Source: Alphaproteobacteria bacterium
GTDB lineage: Bacteria > Pseudomonadota > Alphaproteobacteria > RF32 > CAG-239
DNA: 64,000 nt
Assembly (NCBI GenBank): GCA_017477185.1
Contig: JAFUXF010000026.1
Location: 2,215 to 66,214, forward strand
Direction: 5' to 3'
The stretch's first letter is position 1. The number at the start of each line of letters is the position of its first letter. Position numbers and translations under genes: made by a program. Shown piece after piece: positions 58,708 through 64,000 of this stretch. Below the pieces are notes generated by a model. The model did no database searches and was not told where the DNA came from. It worked only from the letters and a program-made list of their open reading frames with translations.

Positions 58708-59682
58708 GTGATGAATCAGACAAATACTTTGATTTTGGATTTTGAAAAAAATATTGTCGAAATTGAGGCCAAACTCGAAAGTCTAAAACTTTTAGCAGAA
58801 GATGAATCTGTTGATATCTCGCAGGAAACAACGAGATTAAAACAAAAACTTGAACGGCAGATGAAATTGACTTACGCTAATCTAACGCCTTGGCAAAAAT
58901 TGCAAGTATCGAGACACCCGCAACGTCCGCATTGTTTGGACTATGTTAACGGCTTAATTGAGGATTTTACGCCTCTTTGCGGTGATCGTTTTTTTGGCGA
59001 CGATGAAGCAATGGTTTGCGGTATAGGTCGTTTCAGAGAAACCTCCGTTGTTGTTATCGGACAAGAAAAAGGACACGACTTACAATCTCGCATGAAATAT
59101 AATTTCGGCATGGCGAAGCCTGAAGGATATCGAAAGGCACAACGCTTAATGGATATGGCTGATAAGTTTAATATGCCGATTATTGCTTTTGTGGATACAG
59201 ATGGAGCTTTTCCGGGGATTGATGCTGAAGCCAGAGGACAAGCTGAAGCTATTGCCTCATCCATCCAAAAATGCTTACAAGTTAAAACACCTATTATTTC
59301 TATCGTTATCGGTATGGGCGGTTCTGGCGGAGCTATTGCAATTGCAACGGCCAATCGTATTCTTATGCTTGAAAACTCCATTTATTCGGTTATTTCACCG
59401 GAAGGTTGTGCTTCTATTTTATGGCGTTCCGCTGACAAAGTTCAAGAAGCGACGGCAGCACTTTGTTTAACGGCTCAAGATTTGAGAAAATTCGGCGTCA
59501 TTGATGAAATTATCAAAGAACCTCTTGGTGGTGCACATCGCCATCCGGATCAAATAATCCAAAAAGTAGGAGATGCCATTGCCAAGCATCTGAAAGAATT
59601 GTCAGCTTCTACAGGCGAAGAGTTAAAAAAGCAGAGATCCGCAAAATTTTTAGCGATGGGACGTAATCTTCCTGAAAATTAG
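58708..59682 (+). CDS. accA: acetyl-CoA carboxylase carboxyltransferase subunit alpha
   Basis: Crotonase-fold motifs PIIAFVDTDGAFPG and SIVIGMGGSGGAIAIATANRILML. Confidence 0.9.
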   Translation: MMNQTNTLILDFEKNIVEIEAKLESLKLLAEDESVDISQETTRLKQKLERQMKLTYANLTPWQKLQVSRHPQRPHCLDYVNGLIEDFTPLCGDRFFGDDEAMVCGIGRFRETSVVVIGQEKGHDLQSRMKYNFGMAKPEGYRKAQRLMDMADKFNMPIIAFVDTDGAFPGIDAEARGQAEAIASSIQKCLQVKTPIISIVIGMGGSGGAIAIATANRILMLENSIYSVISPEGCASILWRSADKVQEATAALCLTAQDLRKFGVIDEIIKEPLGGAHRHPDQIIQKVGDAIAKHLKELSASTGEELKKQRSAKFLAMGRNLPEN

Positions 59683-59693
59683 AGGTCTTGTGA

Positions 59694-60821
59694 ATGTCTG
59701 AACATGATATTTGGTTGTTATCTTTTGGTATCGGCATAACCTTTTTACTACTGTGTAATCTGTTGTATGCTCTTTTGAAAAAAGACCCTGTTCGAGAGTT
59801 GCATTCTCTGACAGATGCTCTGTTTCGCGGGCAAGCGGAGCTGGCAGGAAGAATGTCTCAACTTTCCGAATCATCTAACCAACAACAAGGAAAGCTTTCG
59901 GAGGCGATTAACGAGCAAAAACTTTCCGTTTTGAAACTTATGGATGAGAAATTATTGGCTGTTACCAAAAGCGTCGGAGAAGGTTTGCAACAATCCACAG
60001 CAAAAACAACGGAGACAATTCAGGACTTGCGTGAAAGATTAGTTAAGATTGATGTTGCCCAACAAAAAATATCTCACTTGTCGGAACAAGTTGTCTCTTT
60101 GCAGGAAGTGTTGTCGAACAAGCAAGCTCGCGGTGCATTCGGTGAGATTCAGCTTAACGATTTGGTCAAATCAATTTTGCCTCCTTCTGCTTACGAATTT
60201 CAATGTGTTTTAAGTAATCAAAAACGTGCAGATTGTGTTCTCAGACTACCGAATCCGCCGGGAATGATTGTTATTGATTCAAAATTTCCGCTGGAGAGTT
60301 ATCAGGCATTACGCAATGCATCTTCTGACCGAGAAAGGGTTGAAGCGGAGCGTTTTTTTCGTGCTTCTGTCCTCAAACATATTAAAGATATCGCCGAAAA
60401 ATATATTATTAACGGAGAAACAGCCGAATCGGCTTTAATGTTTTTACCGGCAGAATCGATTTATGCTGAACTTTATACAAACTTTACAGACGTCGTTGAG
60501 TATTCTTACCGCTCAAAAGTATGGATTGTATCTCCGACAACACTGATGGCAACACTTAATACCGTCAGAGCTGTACTAAAAGATGTTACTATGCGAGAGC
60601 AAGCCGGTGTTATTCAAAAAGAAGTCTGTACTTTAATTGAAGACATCGCTCGCCTTGATGATCGTATAGAAAGTTTAGCTCGCCACTTTGAGCAGGCCTC
60701 AAAAGATATCGGTGATGTTCGGATTTCTTCAGGAAAAATTTCACGACGAATCGAAAAAATAGAGGACTTACAATTGGGCGAATATGCTCCTCCACAAGCC
60801 AATAAATATATTGCCGAGTAA
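59694..60821 (+). CDS. rmuC: DNA recombination protein RmuC
   Basis: N-terminal TM, long coiled coil, C-terminal RmuC nuclease-like domain (ARGAFGEIQLNDLVKSILP ... VIDSKFPLESY ... MFLPAESIYAEL). Confidence 0.8.
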   Translation: MSEHDIWLLSFGIGITFLLLCNLLYALLKKDPVRELHSLTDALFRGQAELAGRMSQLSESSNQQQGKLSEAINEQKLSVLKLMDEKLLAVTKSVGEGLQQSTAKTTETIQDLRERLVKIDVAQQKISHLSEQVVSLQEVLSNKQARGAFGEIQLNDLVKSILPPSAYEFQCVLSNQKRADCVLRLPNPPGMIVIDSKFPLESYQALRNASSDRERVEAERFFRASVLKHIKDIAEKYIINGETAESALMFLPAESIYAELYTNFTDVVEYSYRSKVWIVSPTTLMATLNTVRAVLKDVTMREQAGVIQKEVCTLIEDIARLDDRIESLARHFEQASKDIGDVRISSGKISRRIEKIEDLQLGEYAPPQANKYIAE

Positions 60822-60934
60822 TAACTTTGGGATAACTTGTAACAATTTTTATTTTTTTATAAATTTGCGATATTGATTTATGAATTAAAATAAGATATTT
60901 TATGGTTAACTTAACAAAACAAAAGAGGTATATT

Positions 60935-61216
60935 GTGACAAAATCTGAGTTGATTGAAAAAATTTTAGCAAAAAATCCGCATTTAACATTGAAAGATGTT
61001 GATCGTATTGTAACAACCGTTTTGGAAAAAATTATCAGTTCTTTGGCTGCTGGCGATCGTGTCGAGTTTCGCGGGTTTGGCGCATTTTCTGTCAGAACGA
61101 GAACACCGCGTATTGCTAAAAACCCTCGGACAGGAGCAAAAGTTGAGGTAGACGAGAGAAAAATTCCTCACTTTAAGACCGGAAAGCAATTGCATGAGTT
61201 ATTGAACAAAAGATAA
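60935..61216 (+). CDS. ihfB: integration host factor subunit beta
   Basis: [26 protein letters not shown]...[28 protein letters not shown]. The GTG start at 60935 has an AAGAGG SD 6 nt upstream. The ORF track's ATG at 60902 adds 11 atypical residues. Confidence 0.85.
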   Translation: MTKSELIEKILAKNPHLTLKDVDRIVTTVLEKIISSLAAGDRVEFRGFGAFSVRTRTPRIAKNPRTGAKVEVDERKIPHFKTGKQLHELLNKR

Positions 61217-61238
61217 TTTTATATGACGGAGTAGCACG

Positions 61239-61646
61239 ATGGGATTTATTAAGACATTAATCGGCTTGCCGATTGTCGCGGTTATTTTGATCTTTGCCTT
61301 TGTTAATAACAACCTGGCAGAGTTCAGTTTGTGGCCGTTTGAACTGGAAATAACCGTATCCCAAAGCGTTGCCGTTTTATTTTTTGTTATTTTAGGCTTC
61401 TTACTCGGTAATTTGTTTTCTTGGCTATCATATGCTCCATTGCGAAAAGATTTAAAAAAACAAAAAAAAGCAAATAAAAAACTTAGTAAACAGCAACAGG
61501 TTCTTACGGAAACTGTTTCCGGTCTGCAAGGTGATTTGGAGCAAATTAGAGCAGAAAAAGAGGCTTTAATGCCTGAAAAACCAAGTTGGCTGAGTTTCTT
61601 AAAAAAACAGTCTACCGAAAATAACACTGATGATGGGGAAAAGTAA
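61239..61646 (+). CDS. lapA: LapA-family (DUF1049) inner-membrane protein
   Basis: Two N-terminal TM helices (LIGLPIVAVILIFAFV / SVAVLFFVILGFLLGNLFSWL) followed by a coiled-coil tail. Typical position after ihfB. Confidence 0.6.
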   Translation: MGFIKTLIGLPIVAVILIFAFVNNNLAEFSLWPFELEITVSQSVAVLFFVILGFLLGNLFSWLSYAPLRKDLKKQKKANKKLSKQQQVLTETVSGLQGDLEQIRAEKEALMPEKPSWLSFLKKQSTENNTDDGEK

Positions 61647-62536
61647 TGAACTGGCTTACCGATTTCGTTCGTCCGAAAGTTACTAAAGTTACCATAAAAG
61701 AGGATATTGCCGATAATTTATGGATTAAATGTCCGGTATGCGGAAAAATGCTTTTTTCTAAAGAGCTGAAGAAAAGTATGTATGTTTGCACGGAATGCGG
61801 ACATCATTTGCGCCTGTTTGTTGATAAAAGACTGAAATTATTGTTTGATGGGAAATATACCGAGATTGCTTTACCTCAACCTAAAGAAGATCCCTTAAAA
61901 TTTAAGGATTCTAAGCGTTATACCGATCGTTTGAAATCTTATCGCAAGGCGACCGGTCATAATGATGCTATTCGTGTGGCTCATGGCGAGATAGGGGGCA
62001 TTCCTTGTGTTGTCGCCGCGATGGATTTTGCTTTTATGGGTGGCTCTATGGGAATGGCTGTAGGCGAAGGAATCGTCAAGGCGGCAGAACTTTCTGCAAA
62101 GAATCACTACCCCTTAATTATCGTTACGGCGTCCGGTGGTGCTCGTATGCAAGAAGGAATTTTATCTTTAATGCAAATGGCTCGAACAACCGCGGCCATC
62201 AATCAAGTTAAAGAAAAAGGTATTCCCTATATTTCTATTTTGACAGACCCGACTACAGGGGGTGTCTCTGCTTCTTTTGCCATGTTGGGAGATGTTCATA
62301 TTGCAGAAAAGGGGTGCATTATCGGTTTTGCAGGTGCTCGAGTTATTGAACAGACTATTCGAGAAAAATTACCGGAAGGATTTCAGCGTGCCGAATATCT
62401 TTTGGAACATGGAATGGTTGATATTGTCGTTACTCGTTCGGAAATGAAAGAAACTCTGGTTAAAGTCATCAGTATTTTAACCCATAAAAAACCGGCCATC
62501 AGCCGTCCTCTTTTAGAAAGCAAAACAAGTTCATAA
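61646..62536 (+). CDS. accD: acetyl-CoA carboxylase carboxyltransferase subunit beta
   Basis: N-terminal zinc ribbon CPVCGKML...CTECGHH. Carboxyltransferase motifs IVTASGGARMQEG and GGVSASFAMLGDV. Confidence 0.9.
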   Translation: MNWLTDFVRPKVTKVTIKEDIADNLWIKCPVCGKMLFSKELKKSMYVCTECGHHLRLFVDKRLKLLFDGKYTEIALPQPKEDPLKFKDSKRYTDRLKSYRKATGHNDAIRVAHGEIGGIPCVVAAMDFAFMGGSMGMAVGEGIVKAAELSAKNHYPLIIVTASGGARMQEGILSLMQMARTTAAINQVKEKGIPYISILTDPTTGGVSASFAMLGDVHIAEKGCIIGFAGARVIEQTIREKLPEGFQRAEYLLEHGMVDIVVTRSEMKETLVKVISILTHKKPAISRPLLESKTSS

Positions 62537-62557
62537 CTTTTTTAGCAGGAGACAAAT

Positions 62558-64000
62558 ATGCTGTCGTTAAAACATCTCAACATCAAGTCTTTTAATGAGA
62601 ATTTGGCGTATTTGAATAAAAATTGTCTTGATTATTCGATTGACGATATTTCTGCACTTTCACAAGTTGAAATTCAAACAGAAAACAGTAAAATTTATGC
62701 TTTTTTGCAGATTGTTGATGACGACTCTTTGGTTTCACCGACACAGCTCGCCTTAAATGATGAAGCCTTTGCAAATTTAGGAGAATCGGAAGGGACTGAA
62801 GTTATCGTCAGTTTAGCGGCGACAGCACCCAGTCGTACTGCCCTTAAGCGCAAAATTGCGGGTAATATTTTATCTCCGCAAGATTATAAATTTATCATTA
62901 AAGATATTGTCAACAGGCGTTATTCTGATATTGATATTGCCTCATTTATTGTTGCCGGCGGTACGTTTATCAGTGCTAATGAGGTTTTGGGATTAACCGA
63001 TGCGTTAGTTGATAATACTAAAATTGATTGGCCTTATGAAAAACTAGTCGTAGATCATCATTGTTTAGGCGGTATCCCTGGCAATAAAACAGATATTATT
63101 ATCGCAGCGATTGTCGGAGCGTATGGTATTGCCATTCCCAAAACCGTTGCAAAGGCAACAACTTCTTGCGCCAGCGTCGCTGATACTATGGGCATTTTGT
63201 GTAACATCAACTTATCTCAGGACAAATTTAAGGAACTGGTTACCACCAATCGAGCCGTTGTTGCTAATTATGAGCCGCTTGAAGTGGTTGATGCCATTAA
63301 ATCCATTTCTAATGTAGAACGGCATTTAGGATTGACTCAACAAGAGTTTTTATTAACTGAAGTTCTTGCGCTTAAAATTTCTGCCGGCGTTACTCATTTA
63401 TTGATAGATATTCCGGTTGGTGAAAAATCTCGCATTAAAACGATTTATGAGGCTATCAGACTCCGAAAATTGGCAGAATTTGTCGGCGATCGGTTAGGAA
63501 TTGATATCGAAGTTGTTATTACAGACGGAAGCGAACCGATTGGAAACGGAATTGGAGCTATTTTAGAGGCTCGGGATATTATCCAGATTTTAAAAAATAA
63601 GCCTAATGCGCCGCAAGATTTGCTTGAAAAATCATTATTTCTTGCCGGTCGTTTATTAGAATTTGATCCTAAATTGCATGGCGGGAAAGGCTATGATACG
63701 GCAGCGGAAATTTTGCGCTCCGGTCAAGCCTTGGAAAAATTAAATGAAATTATCCGCGCACAAGGCAAAAAAGAACAACCGGTATTAGGAGGCTATACTC
63801 GTGATGTTTTAGCTCCGGAGAGCGGTGAAGTTATTGCCATTGATAATCAGCAAATTAACCGTATCGGAATTTGGTCAGGTGTTCGTCAATATCTCGGAGC
63901 GGGAATTGATTTGTTTAAGAAAGTCGGTGATATTGTTACCGCCGGAGAACCTCTGTATCGTATCTATGCTTGTTCTCCGGAAGATTTGGAGTTAGCTGAA
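62558..64000 (+). CDS. thymidine phosphorylase family protein (glycosyl transferase family 3), C-terminally truncated by the window edge
   Basis: DHHCLGGIPGNKTDIIIAAIVGAYGIAIPKTVAKATTSCASVADTMG fits the KHSTGGVGD.TSL.L.PIVAA.G..VPKMSGRGLGHTGGT core of pyrimidine-nucleoside phosphorylases. The ORF starts at ATG 62558 and is still open at 64000. Confidence 0.7.
   Translation, partial: MLSLKHLNIKSFNENLAYLNKNCLDYSIDDISALSQVEIQTENSKIYAFLQIVDDDSLVSPTQLALNDEAFANLGESEGTEVIVSLAATAPSRTALKRKIAGNILSPQDYKFIIKDIVNRRYSDIDIASFIVAGGTFISANEVLGLTDALVDNTKIDWPYEKLVVDHHCLGGIPGNKTDIIIAAIVGAYGIAIPKTVAKATTSCASVADTMGILCNINLSQDKFKELVTTNRAVVANYEPLEVVDAIKSISNVERHLGLTQQEFLLTEVLALKISAGVTHLLIDIPVGEKSRIKTIYEAIRLRKLAEFVGDRLGIDIEVVITDGSEPIGNGIGAILEARDIIQILKNKPNAPQDLLEKSLFLAGRLLEFDPKLHGGKGYDTAAEILRSGQALEKLNEIIRAQGKKEQPVLGGYTRDVLAPESGEVIAIDNQQINRIGIWSGVRQYLGAGIDLFKKVGDIVTAGEPLYRIYACSPEDLELAE

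Overview
This low-GC window splits into two parts. Positions 1..39707 are one uninterrupted minus-strand gene array that runs off the left edge. It has stop/start overlaps and 1-nt spacers, which indicate translational coupling. The array encodes a VirB-type type IV secretion system (T4SS): VirB3, VirB4, two VirB8 paralogues flanking a small VirB7-like lipoprotein, an enlarged VirB9, a VirB10 and VirB11. This T4SS is physically fused to a type IVb pilus / R64 thin-pilus-like module. That module comprises a lipoprotein secretin, a TcpQ/PilL-like lipoprotein, a GspE/PilB-family ATPase, a GspF/PilC-family platform protein, a PilP/GspC-HR-like protein and a bitopic assembly protein. The array is interleaved with very large secreted or anchored repeat proteins. 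The most striking is a ~2080-aa protein whose C-terminal ~330 aa form an unmistakable VirB10/TrbI barrel domain preceded by ~1600 aa of degenerate ~17-aa tandem repeats (G-N-V-I-G-R-V-x-x-D-G-T-V-V-D), an architecture analogous to Helicobacter CagY. A second 1397-aa protein carries the same repeat family behind a VirB10-like N-terminal cytoplasmic tail plus transmembrane (TM) anchor. No VirB6, VirB2, VirB1, VirD4 or relaxase is recognisable inside the window. Their expected positions are taken by four secreted coiled-coil proteins of 226-1401 aa. The array ends next to tRNA-Arg(CCT) at 39785..39861, and a 39-nt inverted copy of the tRNA 5' half lies ~410 bp downstream. Beyond that is a small accessory carbohydrate module (a sucrose-phosphate-synthase-like GT4 glycosyltransferase plus a GH13 enzyme) whose two genes carry near-identical terminator hairpins. 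The rest of the window is housekeeping. It contains a convergent M20 peptidase, an SH3b protein, rsmE, a NarL/FixJ-type regulator, a SAM methyltransferase, cmk, rpsA, yejA/yejB-like ABC transporter genes, accA, rmuC, ihfB, a lapA-like gene, accD and a thymidine-phosphorylase-family gene. The cmk-rpsA-ihfB and accD synteny looks alphaproteobacterial. The 3' end and terminator of rpsA are duplicated as ~70-bp direct repeats flanking an ~830-bp two-gene insertion. All calls come from reading the ORF translations and the DNA by eye. No database search was possible.
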